A stretch of 64,000 nucleotides of DNA, taken from assembly GCA_051294375.1 (NCBI GenBank), contig CM119263.1:5664035-5728034 (forward strand), written 5' to 3'. The notes beneath the pieces were generated by a model that was given only the letters and a program-made list of their open reading frames with translations, had not been told where the DNA came from and made no database searches. Source of the stretch: Paraspadella gotoi. Lineage: Eukaryota > Animalia > Chaetognatha. Position 1 is the stretch's first letter, and each line of letters opens with the position of its first letter. Positions 26,311-40,333 of the stretch are shown here, piece by piece. A program made the position numbers and the translations under genes.

Positions 26311-28838
26311 CGACGGCTGAAGCGAATAATGGAGTGAGTGAATTGGTAAGTTAAGGGAATTCTTTAAAGCATCAGTCAAGGGTCGGGAAGGTGGGAACGA
26401 TGGTCGTAAAAGAGATTCTGAAAACGTTTTTTAGTTTAATGATGATCATGACAACGAATTAAGAAATAATGTTAAATTTAATGCAAATATTTGTCTCATT
26501 GGGAAACAAGAGAAAAAAAAAGCGAAACGTTTATGCATATTGAACGTAAACAAATTCGCTGAAAGNNNNNNNNNNNNNNNNNNNNNNNNNNNNNNNNNNN
26601 NNNNNNNNNNNNNNNNNNNNNNNNNNNNNNNNNNNNNNNNNNNNNNNNNNNNNNNNNNNNNNNNNNNNNNNNNNNNNNNNNNNNNNNNNNNNNNNNNNNN
26701 NNNNNNNNNNNNNNNNNNNNNNNNNNNNNNNNNNNNNNNNNNNNNNNNNNNNNNNNNNNNNNNNNNNNNNNNNNNNNNNNNNNNNNNNNNNNNNNNNNNN
26801 NNNNNNNNNNNNNNNNNNNNNNNNNNNNNNNNNNNNNNNNNNNNNNNNNNNNNNNNNNNNNNNNNNNNNNNNNNNNNNNNNNAAAGAAAGAAAGAAACAG
26901 CGAATTTCAATACGGACGAGGTTCAACGACGTGAGTGGCGACGACGATGACGACGACAACGACGACGACGACGACGATTCTTCGTTATCTGATCAGTAAT
27001 CACAGATTTTCTTTGAAAGGACTCTCCTTGGATAAAAAACCCTTTTCTCTTTCTTTTCTGGGTTTTAACTTTTTTTCTTTTTTAGATTCAATTTTTTTTC
27101 TTCTTTTTATATTTTCGTTTCAAATGAAAATATTTTAGTGAATAAATCAAATGAAACTCTACATTCTACTTCTCTATTTTGTATCTCACATCTCTTTTTC
27201 TCTGTTTTTCTTTTCTCCACTCTTTAACTTTTTTAATTCCCTCATTCCTTCTCTTCTCACAAAGGAGGAATGTCGAACATGAGTTTTCCTTCCAAGTTTT
27301 TCCTCTGTCTCACCCTCTCTTCCCTTTCATTTCTTATTCTACTTCTTCTTCTTCTCCTCCTCCTCTTCCTTCTCCTCCATGTTTCAAAATCCAATGGGAG
27401 AAGAAAGAAACAAAAGAGTTTTTATTCTTTTTCCACTCAAACGCCCCCTTATCCTTTCCCCCCTCCCTCCCCCCTTTCTTCCTCCCTCTCGTCTCCCTCT
27501 CCCTCTCCCTCTCCCTCTCCCTCTCCCTCGAGTACTCTCTCTCCCCCATCGGCTTTTGTCTCATGCAAAAGTTTTTTAAAAAACTCAAATGTAATTCATG
27601 CAAAAAGTTTGTCTTTGTTCTGTCGATACTTATATTTATATTAAGGACTTTAAAACAAATGCATAAAAAAAATAAATAAATAAAAAAAATATTGTTCAAA
27701 GGTTGAATTTTATAATTGGCAGAAACAAAGTTACAAAGAGAAATTTTAATTGATTGAAATGTTTTTTTTTTTNNNNNNNNNNNNNNNNNNNNNNNNNNNN
27801 NNNNNNNNNNNNNNNNNNNNNNNNNNNNNNNNNNNNNNNNNNNNNNNNNNNNNNNNNNNNNNNNNNNNNNNNNNNNNNNNNNNNNNNNNNNNNNNNNNNN
27901 NNNNNNNNNNNNNNNNNNNNNNNNNNNNNNNNNNNNNNNNNNNNNNNNNNNNNNNNNNNNNNNNNNNNNNNNNNNNNNNNNTCTCGCTATCCTTCCAAAA
28001 ATTTCCGATCGAGGGCGCTGAAAGCCCGGTTCTACTCGGTTTCAAATCTGGGGTTTGAAAAGTGTAACGTCGATAGAGAAAAATTTTCGTGACCGTTAAA
28101 TAAAATTGTAATTGGTACGATTAAAAAGAGGATGTGTTGATCTTTGCGGCGAACCGAAGTTGAAATGAAGTTGGAGAAGAAATTGTAAGGCGATACTAGA
28201 ATAATAGAAAGAGAAATGGAAAGAGAGTGAAAGAAAGAAAGAAAGAGAGATAGAAAGAAAGAAAGAANNNNNNNNNNNNNNNNNNNNNNNNNNNNNNNNN
28301 NAAAAAAAAGGAAAGAATGAGAGAAAAAAAAACTTTCAAGAATAACTAGATTTTCGTGGAATAAATAATATTTAAAGAAATTGATCTACTTTTTTTTTTC
28401 AGTTTTTATTTTCATTGTCAACAAAGCGAGAAGAATTTCACCGAATAAATTCACTGTAGATTAAGAAGGAGAATAAGAAATTCTCAGCGAGATCATTGTT
28501 TAGCGTAGAAAAAAGAAAGTCGGATGTTTGTAGACGTGACATCGCGTTCGATTCTCATCATTTCCTCTATCACTCCCTCTATCATAACCGAGTTCCCCCT
28601 CGGCCCTCAGCTCCCTCTATCTCCTCCTTCAAAAACTAATACATGGTATTTTTACTTCCATTTTTCGAGGCAAAACCAAAACAAAGAAGCAACTTCTTCC
28701 AAACAACAAGATTTTTATGGATTTTCTTTCCCGGAAAAACGACCCCCCCTTTTTCCTCATCCTCCTCTTCTTCCTCTTCCTCCTCTTCCCTGCCGACGAA
28801 AACATCTTAATTCACGTTTAACCTTTTCCCCGGCCCCC

Positions 28839-28851
28839 GTTGCTTAGCAAC
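28839..28851. promoter_or_regulatory. Palindromic RFX-like X-box GTTGCTTAGCAAC
   Basis: 13-bp X-box-type inverted repeat GTTGC(TTA)GCAAC. Confidence 0.35.
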
Positions 28852-29503
28852 CGACGCTGTACTCTGTTTTTGTTTATGTGTTGACCGCAGCTGCGCTTTC
28901 TATCGAGTCAAAATGTGATATATTTAGATTTGATGGAAACTGTGTTTTCTTATTCTGTGAAATTGTGTACACGTAGTTTTTTAAAGTTTTCCATCAGAAA
29001 TTTTAAAAGATATCATAATCAAACGTGATTTGGAAGATGGAATTGACATTAAATTCCACGAATCTAAGAAGTGAAAAAAAATTTGGCACAGGAAGCAGAA
29101 TTCTTTTTTTCTTTTTTTGGCCTTCGTCTCGAGGCGCCTCTGGTGCCAATTTTAATGAACAACACAGATGAACAAAAGAGCAACGATGTTTTTATTAACG
29201 CGATTGTAGAAAGAAAGGAAAGAAAGGACAGAAAGATGGGAAAGGAAAGAAAGATTAGAAAGGAAAAAAAGGTGAGAAAAAAAAAAGAAATGAAAGTAAA
29301 AAAAGTAAAAACAAAGAAGGAATAAACAACCGCTGATAAATTTGGGTCATAAGAACGACTTTGGGTTTGGCGTTTTGGGCTTTGACCGCCAAAAATTAAA
29401 CCGCCAGAGATTTAAACAGCTTGCCGACCTTACCGACAAGTTCGTCCTCAGAGGTCGGCTTGGTCGCAGAATCAATCCGAGACGTCGTCATCGATTTATG
29501 ATG

Positions 29504-29543
<40 letters not shown>

Positions 29544-29748
29544 AAAATGCGGAAGATGGGGCAGGAAATGCAGCAGCCGACGGACGGAGCCGACAAAGTC
29601 GTTTCTCCTTCTCACCTGACGGCGTCGGTCTCCCACCCTCTTTCTCCTCCTCTTCCTCCTCTTTCTCCCCCTTTCCCTCTCGTTTGACGATTGGTCAGTC
29701 ACCAGAAACAAATGCGCAATCACGCATTAAAAATTCACGGCCCACGCA

Positions 29749-29779
<31 letters not shown>

Positions 29780-32700
29780 GCGATTTAAGGCGGCGATATA
29801 TCTTCTCATCAATTACCGGAAACTCTCCCCCACGCTCACTCTNNNNNNNNNNNNNNNNNNNNNNNNNNNNNNNNNNNNNNNNNNNNNNNNNNNNNNNNNN
29901 NNNNNNNNNNNNNNNNNNNNNNNNNNNNNNNNNNNNNNNNNNNNNNNNNNNNNNNNNNNNNNNNNNNNNNNNNNNNNNNNNNNNNNNNNNNNNNNNNNNN
30001 NNNNNNNNNNNNNNNNNNNNNNNNNNNNNNNNNNNNNNNNNNNNNNNNNNNNNNNNNNNNNNNNNNNNNNNNNNNNNNNNNNNNNNNNNNNNNNNNNNNN
30101 NTCTCTCTCTCTCTCTCTCTCTCTCTCCGCTCTTGTTAATAACTGCGGCCGAAATCCGACGAACGTCTGTAGAGAACGCGAGTCGCTCGGCGAAGCGACG
30201 CGTTGGGGCGGAGGAAAGGAAAGCGAGGAAAGGAAAGGAAGGAAACAGATAAAAGAAAAGGGGGGAAAGAAAAGGGAGGACAGAAAAGGAAAGAAGGAAA
30301 AAGAAAAAGAAATGAAAAGAAGGAAAGGAAAGAAAGAAAAGAGGAAAGGTTGAAGAGGAAAGAAGAAAAAAGAAAAGAAAAGAGACAAAAGATGAAATGA
30401 ATAAATTTCAGAAATTGTTGTTATCAAACAATTTACCCAAAAAATATTTTATAATATTTGTAATATTTATATTTTATTTTATTCTCTAACCCTTTTTCTG
30501 TATATTTTGTTCTAAACTTTTACTCGCGAAACAATATAAACCTTTTTTCCTTTGTTCATCACCTCATTTCTCATTCTCCAAAGACCCTTCCTTCTACTCC
30601 CACTTTCCTTCCTCCCTCTCCTCTCTCTTTCTCATCTCTTCTTCCTTTCCCTTCCCCCTTTCCTCCCCCCCTCGTCCTCATTGGCTCTCGGGTTTCTCGC
30701 CCGCTCGCTAGGTGGCTCTCTGGGGCGTCGTAAGACTGACCAATAAGGTCTTACATCGGGAAGAAAGGAAGGAAAAGAAAAGCGAGGAAAGAAAAAGGGG
30801 GAGTCGGAAAATTGGGAGGAAAGGAAGCGAACGGAACCACCAAAAAAGGAAACGTGAGGGAAAAATAAAAGAAAGAAAAGAAAATAAGGCGGTGGTATTC
30901 CTGAGCAAAGGAAAAATAAAGGAAAAAAGGAAAAGAAAAGGAAAAGGCGGATTCCTTAGACACTGAGGAATAAAGGATAACGAAATAGGATCACAATGTA
31001 AAAGATGTGGCCAGATCCAAAGAGGAAAAAGAAAGAAAAGGGGAGGAACAGGTAGCAGCTTAATCCTGGATCCACGGAATTGACCATAAAGAATTAACAT
31101 GCATTGCCGTCGACCATTCGAGGAAGATCGAGGGAGAAACCTGGTTCAAATCAGGGAAAAATAAGAAAACTAATAATTTTTTGTTGTCTCAATAAAGTGG
31201 AACGTCGTTGGTTATGACATTCCGTCAACGAATCGCACTCCTTCACGCTCATCCGAAAATTGAAAAAAACTAAAAAGTTTAAAAATTGAATGCGAAAGAA
31301 GGAAAACAACATTAAAATACAATCGAAACGAACTGTAATCTTCTTTCCAGACCTACCATCTCGTCCGAGACAGAGTGAGAATGAGGATTGAGAGAGAGAG
31401 GAGGAGAGAGAGAGGAGAGAAGCAGAGGAGAGAGAGAGAGAGAGACGAGGCAGATGAGAGGAGATGAGATGAGAGAAGAGAGCATGAATCTTTGATGGTG
31501 GACTCGAGGAACATCGCAGCATCACGTGACTTAAAAGGGAGGAAAGAGGGGAGAAGGGGGCAGAGAGAAGCAGAGAGACAGTCTGAGTCTTCGAGTGTAA
31601 GGAATAGAAGGTTAAGGTTAAGGTAAGGTCTGGAGGAGGAAAGACGGTGTTTTTAAAGAAAAAAAGAAGTAATATATCAGGAAATATTATGTCTACTAAA
31701 ACACAGCAATAGAAAACAAATTGAATAACATAAAATGACAAAAAAATTGATTTTGAAAAAAAAAACATTAAAAGATTTTAAAGAATCGAAAGTCGGCGAC
31801 GAAAGGTTCGATTTGGGGTTTGGGGGGTTTGGGCAAAAGGGCGGAAGGCGGGTAAAAAAGAGGCAGAGGCCTGACGGGGCATGTAGAAGGAAGGGATGGA
31901 TTTGATCGAGGGACGAGACCTCATGTGGAAGATTCGGAGGTGGACGATCGCTGACAGAGAGAGAGAGAGAGAGATGCTTAGAGAGAGGAGAGAAGGAGAG
32001 AGCGTCAATGAGGGAGATTGGGGGATTGGTGCGATTGGGGATTGGGGATTGGAGGATCGGGGATTGGAGATCNNNNNNNNNNNNNNNNNNNNNNNNNNNN
32101 NNNNNNNNNNNNNNNNNNNNNNNNNNNNNNGGGAAAAGGAAAGGTAAGTATAAGAAGGGAAAGGAAAAGATAAGAAGAGGAACGACGAAAGAAAATGAGA
32201 AAATAAACGAAGAAAACGAGAATTAAAGAGGAAATTGCGAAAAAAAGAAGGAAAAAGGAAAAAAAGAAAAGAAAAAAAAGAATAAAAAGAAAACACGTGG
32301 AAAAAAGTATGAGGAGGAGGAGGAGGAAGAGGAGGAGGAAGAGGATGAGCTTCGACGGAATTTCTTTGCCTGTCGTCGTTTATTAATGAGAAAATCGACG
32401 GGGAGTAGGAACTAGGAAGAGGAATAGAGGGAGGAAAGGGAGGAAGGAGAAAAAAGAGATAGAGAGAGAAAGAGAAATAACAAGAAGGGAAGGGGATAAA
32501 AGATAAGGGGATGGAAAGGAAGAAGATTGAAAAAGAAAAGATGGGATAAAGAAAGGAAAACTATGAGGTGTTTAGTAAGAAGAAAGTAAAAGAGAATTTA
32601 TAAAAGGAAAACAAAATTTAAATTCTTGCGACGAATTCGTTCAAATATTCAACGAAGATGTAAAGAACAAACGACGAACGACGAAAATAACGACGACGAT

Positions 32701-33440
32701 TTCGTCGTTCTTCCACGCGGGATCGAGGGGGGGGCGAAGGGGGGCGGTAACGAAAAGCGCCGGATCTCGAGAGGCGACGTTTGGCGGCGCCAGCGGCGAA
32801 ATCGGCGGCGCCGGCGGCGACGGAAAAGCAGTCACCTACGACCCTCAACTGACAACACCGTCGGCTACGCCGCCTCCGCAGTCGCCGCCGCAGTCACCGC
32901 CGCCGCCGCCGATTTCCGGTGGCGACGACGACAACAACAACAACGAAATGAAAAACGAAAATCCCATGAATAAATCAGATTCGATTGTAGAGTCGAAACT
33001 TCGCCTGCGTTTGGCAACAACAACAACGACAACAACGACGACAACAACAACGGCAACAGCAGCAAAAACAATTCTCGATTTATTTATGAGGCGACTAAAC
33101 CTTTATCAGTCAATCCCTAATTGCGAGCGAATCTCGCTGGACGGACTTTTCGTCATTTTCGACGTCGTCATTGTTGTCCTCAATGTCATCCCCGTCTTTG
33201 TCATCTGTGTCATTTCCGTCATTGTCACTATTCCCTCTTCTCTTTACGATTATTTTATTTCTTGAAATTTCCTTATCCTCATTTTCGCTTCTTCCATTAA
33301 CAATGAATTTGGCCCGTCGGCGGTGACTTGCACTAATTTTCCTCTTCTCTCTCTCTCTCTTCTCTCTCTTCTCTCTCTCTCTCTCTCCTTCTCTCTCTCT
33401 CTCTCTCTCTCTCTCCTCCTCTCTCTCTTCTCTCTCTCTC

Positions 33441-36400
33441 TTCCTATTGGTCTCTAAGCCCTTGGGTGGCGCCCATTCTTCTTGCTTTGTACAGCAGAAA
33501 AGTGATTGGCTAAGTTGAGGGTGTTGCGTTGACCTCACCGAAAGCGTCTTTCCTTTTTTTATTTCTTCTTCTTTTTCCTGTGTTTGTTTTCTTTTTAAAA
33601 GTGGGAGATAAAAACACAATACGTAAAAGAGAGATTACGCTTGTTTAATGTTACGTAAACTCGTTATTAGTTTCATGGCGAATTCTTTAATAATAAAATA
33701 TAAAATTAAATTTGAATGATGTTTTATAAATGAATTAATTTTACGTTTTTTTTAATTCTCTTATTTCCTTTTGTCTCCTGGCAACCTTTTTGGCTCGAGC
33801 TCTGTCAACAGTAAGTCAACAAAATTATGAATAATTGAATTTTAATGTTAACATTCATATGTGTTAGTTTTTTCGTGCCGTTTAAACTGGAAATGTTGAT
33901 AATCAGTGGCAGCACCAAATTAGCCAGCCTTTTGTCTCTTTTCTCTCTCCTCTCTCTCTCTCTCTTCTCTCTGCCATGCTCTCGTCTCTCTCTCTCGTCT
34001 CTCTCTCTCTCGTCGTCTCTCTCTCTCTCTCCCCTCTCCCCCGCAACTGCTTAAGCCTTCGCTGCCTCTTATCATCGCAATAAAATTCGCGTTGACCATT
34101 GATCGTTTTTGGCAGCCCCCTTTCCTACTCCTCCCTCCTCCTCCTCCTTCTCCTCCCTCTCATCTCCCTCCCCTCTCTCTGCTCCTCTGCCCCCGCAGTA
34201 ACGTCCCGTTAAGTAATGGTCAAGACAAATAAAGTACAGGGAGATGGCGTTTCCAACCTCGGCTTCGGACGATAAAAGCCTAATGGTGCCGTCCCTTTTC
34301 CTATTATCCCTTTCCTACTGGGCTCTTTTTTTCCTCCTTTCTCTCTCATCTCTTCTCTCTCTCTCTCCTCCTCTCTCATCTCTCTCTCTCTCCTCCTCTC
34401 AGCTCTCTCGTCTCTCTCTCTCTCTGGTCTCTGCTCTCCATCGGTCTACATTTCTTTCTTTGTGATGCATTTCTTACATTCGCTTTCTATGAGCTCAAGA
34501 GGAGGTTTTCGCCTCTTTGGCAGTTTCATCGTCGGCCCATCCGTCCGTCGTCCGTCGGCGTCGTTGTTGTCTTCCCCCTTTTTAGCCATTTAATATTAAG
34601 AAAATGTTAACTGTTTATCTGGTAAATGTGTGCTATTAACAGTTAAACAAACACACCCTCAATGAAAGTCAAACAGAGCATATGAGCTGTCTTTGAAGGA
34701 TTACAATATTTTTATTGGCTACATTTTCATTTTCCCGCGTCAATATAATTGTCAAACTCAATGATATTACCATTTTTAAAGTTAGACTCTTCAACACAGA
34801 GTCGATACATCTTGAAAAAATTCGAATGTTAACACTAAGAACATCTGTACAAAAAACTGGCAACTTAACAACAGGAACAACAACAACAACAACAACAACA
34901 ACTTTCAGGTCACAGATTCCGATAATCGAATTCTTGCGCAACTTTTTCGTTTCTTCTACAGAAAATGCGAACTCTCGAATTCATCGGACCAACTTTTTCT
35001 CTTCGCCATTTTCTCTTCCCTTTATTCCTCTCTATTCTTTCCTTCTTGTCTTTTCTTTCTCCCCTTTTCTTCTCCTTTTTCTCTCTCCCCTTCACTTTTC
35101 TTTTTCTCGTCACTTTTTTCGTTTCCTCCCTATCCATTATTTTTTCAATTTTTTCTCTGCCTCTTCTATCCCCTCATCCTCAACTTTCTTTTCTGCGCCT
35201 TCCCTTCGCTTCGTTCTCCTTTCTCCTCATCCCTTGCCCATTCTTTCTTTTCACCTTCCATCATCCTCTCCTCACCCTCCTTCACTTCTCTCTCTTTTCC
35301 CAAGCCCACAAGTCGCCATCTTTCGTCGGGCTGTCGCCCTGTTGTTCGCACCAAATGTCGTGGCAATTGTTTATTTTTTCCGCCGGCCCGCCGCCAGGGG
35401 TCGAGTTGGCGCTGGCGTCGCTTCGCTTTTTTTGTTTGTACGATTGTCGTTTTGTTTTGATGACGTCAGGAGGCCGTTAGGAGGAGGAGGGAGAGGAGAA
35501 GGAAGAGGAAGAAAGAAGAAAGAAGAGAAGAAAAGAGGAGGAGGAGGAAGAAGAGAATAAAAGAAAATTCGAAAGGAAGGAGAGAGAAGAGAAAACGAAT
35601 GGCAAGAAGAAATGAATTCCATTGTCAACAATGACCATGTGATGAAGGCTCCTCATTTTAGCTCTCGTCTCTCTCTCTCCTCTCTCCTCTCTCTCTCTGT
35701 CTCTCCTCTCTCTCTATCGTCTCTCTCTCTCATCGCTCTCTTTCCTCTCTTCTCACTCGCTCTCTATCGCTTCAGAAACCCACAAAGGTGATCATTTTCC
35801 AGCGTAAAGTTTTCCGCCCCTAATAATTACGCCGCATCTTTCGTAAAGCACTGCACCGGGTTTTGGTATGCTCTTCCTCTTTCGTCATCATTCTCTCATC
35901 TCTCTCTCGTCCTCTCTTCTCTCTCTCATCTCCCTCTCTCATCCTCTGTCACTCTCTCCTTCATCCAGTCATCTCTCATCTCTCTCTGCCCTAAGCCACT
36001 TGTCTCAGTATCTCTGCTTTCCGTCATTCGCAAAAATATCATTTAACCTGAAAAACGATTTTCGCAGAGTGAGGGAGTTCAGCAAATGAGGGAAGAAATT
36101 AAGAAAAGAGAAGGAAGAAAATAGAAAGAGAAAGAAAGATAAAATAAGATAAAGAAGAAAAAGAAAGAAAGAAGACAAGAAGATATAACGAGAAAATAGA
36201 TAAGGATAAAGGGTTTAATATTAAAATATAAAATATTTAACAACTAATAAAAAAAATGTTAAGATACAGAGCGAAAAAAGAGAAAGAACGAAAAAAATGG
36301 ACAACGACAACAACAACTACATCGAACGCCCTGGTCTGCCTTTGACCCTTTGAAAAAAAAAACTAAATAAGAGAAAAGAAAAAAGAAAGAAAGAAAAGAA

Positions 36401-36517
36401 AGAACGCCTCATCTATTTCGTTCGGTGCAGGTCAGACTTTTCTTTCTTTCTTTTTTTGGTCTTTCTTTCTTTTTCTGTCTTTCTTCTTCCTTGTCCTTCA
36501 AAAAGTTCTGTTCAAAA
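33441..36517 (+). repeat. Left arm of ~3 kb inverted duplication (indel-rich copy)
   Basis: Reverse complement of 37671-40333 throughout, e.g. gtcaaacagagcatatgagc (~34668) vs gctcatatgctctgtttgac (~39576), and gttcgcaccaaatgtcgtggcaattgtttatttttt (~35344) vs its reverse complement at ~38933. Confidence 0.93.
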
Positions 36518-36542
36518 NNNNNNNNNNNNNNNNNNNNNNNNN

Positions 36543-36574
<32 letters not shown>

Positions 36575-37434
36575 TTTCTATCCATCGTCGTCTTTTATTA
36601 TTTAACAATTTCGAGATTCAACGCNNNNNNNNNNNNNNNNNNNNNNNNNNNNNNNNNNNNNNNNNNNNNNNNNNNNNNNNNNNNNNNNNNNNNNNNNNNN
36701 NNNNNNNNNNNNNNNNNNNNNNNNNNNNNNNNNNNNNNNNNNNNNNNNNNNNNNNNNNNNNNNNNNNNNNNNNNNNNNNNNNNNNNNNNNNNNNNNNNNN
36801 NNNNNNNNNNNNNNNNNNNNNNNNNNNNNNNNNNNNNNNNNNNNNNNNNNNNNNNNNNNNNNNNNNNNNNNNNNNNNNNNNNNNNNNNNNNNNNNNNNNN
36901 NNNNNNNNNNNNNNNNNNNNNNNNNNNNNNNNNNNNNNNNNNNNNNNNNNNNNNNNNNNNNNNNNNNNNNNNNNNNNNNNNNNNNNNNNNNNNNNNNNNN
37001 NNNGGAGGGGCGAATGGGATGGGATGGGAGATGGGAAAAGGGGAGAGATGGCATGGGAGATGAAATGGAGATGAGATGGGAGATGGGAAAGATTGGATTG
37101 GATGGAATATAAGAGAGATGGGATGTGAGATGGGAGATATGGGAGTGATGGGATGGGATATGGGAGAGATGGGATGGTAGATGGGATCGGAGGAGGTAAA
37201 GCGGTAAGTTGAGGGAGAGTGGAGATGAGACGAGGCAAGAGAGTCAATGGGTGTTGTTAAGGAGGAGAGGCTGCCGACGGGGTAAGGAGACGAGAGGTAA
37301 GTGAAACTGGGTAGGGAGTCGAAGGATGAGATGAGTGGGCGTCGAAACTTCGAAAGTCGTTGGAAGAATTCGCATTGAAAGTTGAGGTCACCCAAGATTC
37401 GCGTCTCTAGAGATCGAGAGGCGATCCAGCGTTA

Positions 37435-37472
<38 letters not shown>

Positions 37473-37670
37473 NNNNNNNNNNNNNNNNNNNNNNNNNNNN
37501 NNNNNNNNNNNNNNNNNNNNNNNNNNNNNNNNNNNNNNNNNNNNNNNNNNNNNNNNNNNNNNNNNNNNNNNNNNNNNNNNNNNNNNNNNNNNNNNNNNNN
37601 NNNNNNNNNNNNNNNNNNNNNNNNNNNNNNNCTCTCTCTCTCTTTCTTCGCAAAAATTGGTTTCTAGAAA

Positions 37671-38207
37671 TTTTTGACAGAACTTTTTGAAGAAAGAAAG
37701 AAAGAAAGACAGAAAAAAGAAAGAAAGACAAAAAGAAAGAAAGAAAAGTCTGACTGCCACGAACGAAATAGATGAGGCGTTTCTTTCTTTTTTTTCTTTC
37801 TTTTTTCTTTTTCTCTTTTTAGTTTTTTTTCAAAGGGTCAAAGGCAGACAGCGTCGATGTAGTTGTTGTTGTCGTTGTCATTTTCGTCTTTCTCTTTTTT
37901 CGCTCTGTATCTTAACATTTTTTTTATTAGTTGTTAAAATATTTTATATTTTAATTTAACTTTATCTTATTATTTGTCTCGTTATATCTTCTTGTCTCTT
38001 TCTTTCTTTTTCTTCTTTCTTATTTTTCTTTCTTTCTTTTCTTTTCTCTTCTCTTTTCTTTAATTTCTTCCCTCATTTGCTGACTCCCTCACTCTGGCGA
38101 AAATCTTTTTCAGGTTAATGATTTTGCGAATGAGGAAGAAGAAGATACTGAACAAGCGGAGGAGAGATTGGAATTTTGAGGAAGGAAGAGAGATACTGAC
38201 AAGGGTT

Positions 38208-38245
<38 letters not shown>

Positions 38246-38249
38246 CGAG

Positions 38250-38297
<48 letters not shown>

Positions 38298-39385
38298 GAG
38301 AGATTTACCAAACCGGTGGCAAGTGCTTGACAAATGGGTAATATTAGGGGCGGAAAACTTTACGGGTAAAAATGATCCGCTTGTGGGTTTCTGAGCGATA
38401 GAGGCGAGTGAGAGAGAAAAGAGCGGCGAGAGAGAGAGAGAGATTACCGAAGAGAGAGAGGACAGAGAGGACGAGTAGCAGAGAGAGAGGAGAGAGAGAG
38501 AGAGAGAGAGAGAGCAAAAATGAGGAAGCCTCATCATGGTGATTGGTTCGGAGAATGCGGAATCATTTCTTCTTGCATGCGTTTCTCTCTCTCTCCTCCT
38601 TTTGCGTATTTTTTTGCTTTTTTATTCTATTCTTCCCTCCTCTCNNNNNNNNNNNNNNNNNNNNNNNNNNNNNNNNNNNNNNNNNNNNNNNNNNNNNNNN
38701 NNNNNNNNNNNNNNNNNNNNNNNNNNNNNNNNNNNNNNNNNNNNNNNNNNNNNNNNNNNNNNNNNNNNNNNNNNNNNNNNNNNNNNCTTCTTCTTCTTCT
38801 TCTTCTTCCTCCTCCTTCTCCTCTCCCTCCTCCTCCTAACGCCTCCTGACGTCATCAAAACAAAACGACAATCGACAAAAAAAAAGCGGAAGCGACGCCA
38901 GCGCCAACTCGACCCCTGGCGGCGGCCGGCGGAAAAAATAAACAATTGCCACGACATTTGGTGCGAACAAAAGGCGACGCGACGAAAGATGGCGACTGTG
39001 GGTGGGAAAAGAGAGAGAAGTGAAAGGGAGGGTGAGGAGAGATGATGGGAGGAAAAGAAAAGAATGGAAGGGGAGAGAAGAAAGGAGAAAAGAAGGGAAG
39101 GGAAGGGAGAAAAGAAGTTGAGGGGATAGAAGAGGAGAGAAAAAATGAAAAAAATAATGGATAGGGAGGAAACGAAAAAAGGAGAGAAAAAGAAAAGTGA
39201 AGGGGAGAGAGAAAAGGAGGAAAGAAAAGGGGAGAAAGAAAAGAAAGAAGGAAGAAATAAGAGAGAAGTAAAGAGGAGAGAAAAGGCGAAAGAGAAAAGT
39301 TGGTCCGATGAATCGAGAGTCGATTTTTTGTAGAAGAAACGAAAAGTTGGCGAAGAATTCGATATCGGAATCTGTTGACTGAAAG

Positions 39386-39417
<32 letters not shown>

Positions 39418-40333
39418 AAGTTGCAGTTTTTGTACAGATGTTCTTAGTGTAACCATCGAATCAAGATGTATCGATCTTGTGAAGAGTCTAACTTTAAAAA
39501 TGGTTATCATTGAGTTTGAAATATTTGAGCGGGAAATGAAATGTAGCAATAAAAATATTGTAATCCTTCAAAGAAGCTCATATGCTCTGTTTGACTTTCC
39601 TATGAGGGTGTGTTGTTTAACTGTTAATAAGACAACTTTACAGATAAACAGTTAACATTTCTTAATATTAAATGTAAAAAGGGAAGACAACAACGACGAC
39701 GACGACGACGACGATGCCGACGATGAAACTGCAAAGAGGCGAAAACCTCCTTGAGCTATAGAAAGGATGTAAGAAAATGACACAAAGAAATGAACGAGAG
39801 AGNNNNNNNNNNNNNNNNNNNNNNNNNNNNNNNNNNNNNNNNNNNNNNGAGAGAGAGAGAAAGAGACAGAAAAGGCTGCTAATTGTGCTCACTGATATCA
39901 ACATTCCAGTTTAAACGGACGAAAAACTAACACATATGAATGTTAACATAAAATTCAATTATTCATAATTTTGTTGACTTACCTGTGAAGAGTCGAGCCA
40001 AAAGGTTGCGGAGAAAAAGGAAATAGAGAATAAAAAAAAACGTAAATTAATTCTATTATAAACATCTTCAAATTTAATTTTATATTTTATTATTTAAGAA
40101 TTCGATGAAACTAATACGAGTTTCAGTAACATTAACAAGGTAATCTCTCTTTTACGTATTGTGTTTTTATTCCACTTTAAAAAAAAGAACAACAAGGAAA
40201 AAAGAAGAAAGAAATAAAAAAGGAAAGACGCTTTCGGTTGAGGTCAACGCAAACCTCAACTTGCAATCACTTCTGCTGTAAAAGCAAGAAGAATGGGGGC
40301 CACCCAAGGCTTAGAGACAATAAAGAGAGAGAG
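37671..40333 (-). repeat. Right arm of ~3 kb inverted duplication
   Basis: Colinear reverse complement of 33441-36517; contains two internal N gaps. Confidence 0.93.

Noticed and set aside
34715-35560. 281-aa hydrophobic ORF
   Set aside because: Derived from pyrimidine tracts. The inverted copy (38836-39549) differs by many frameshifting indels, so the frame is not conserved.
36518-37670. Missed SMRTbell adapter at the centre of the inverted duplication
   Set aside because: No adapter-like sequence is visible. The spacer has unique sequence and several gaps, so a simple fold-back read does not fit.
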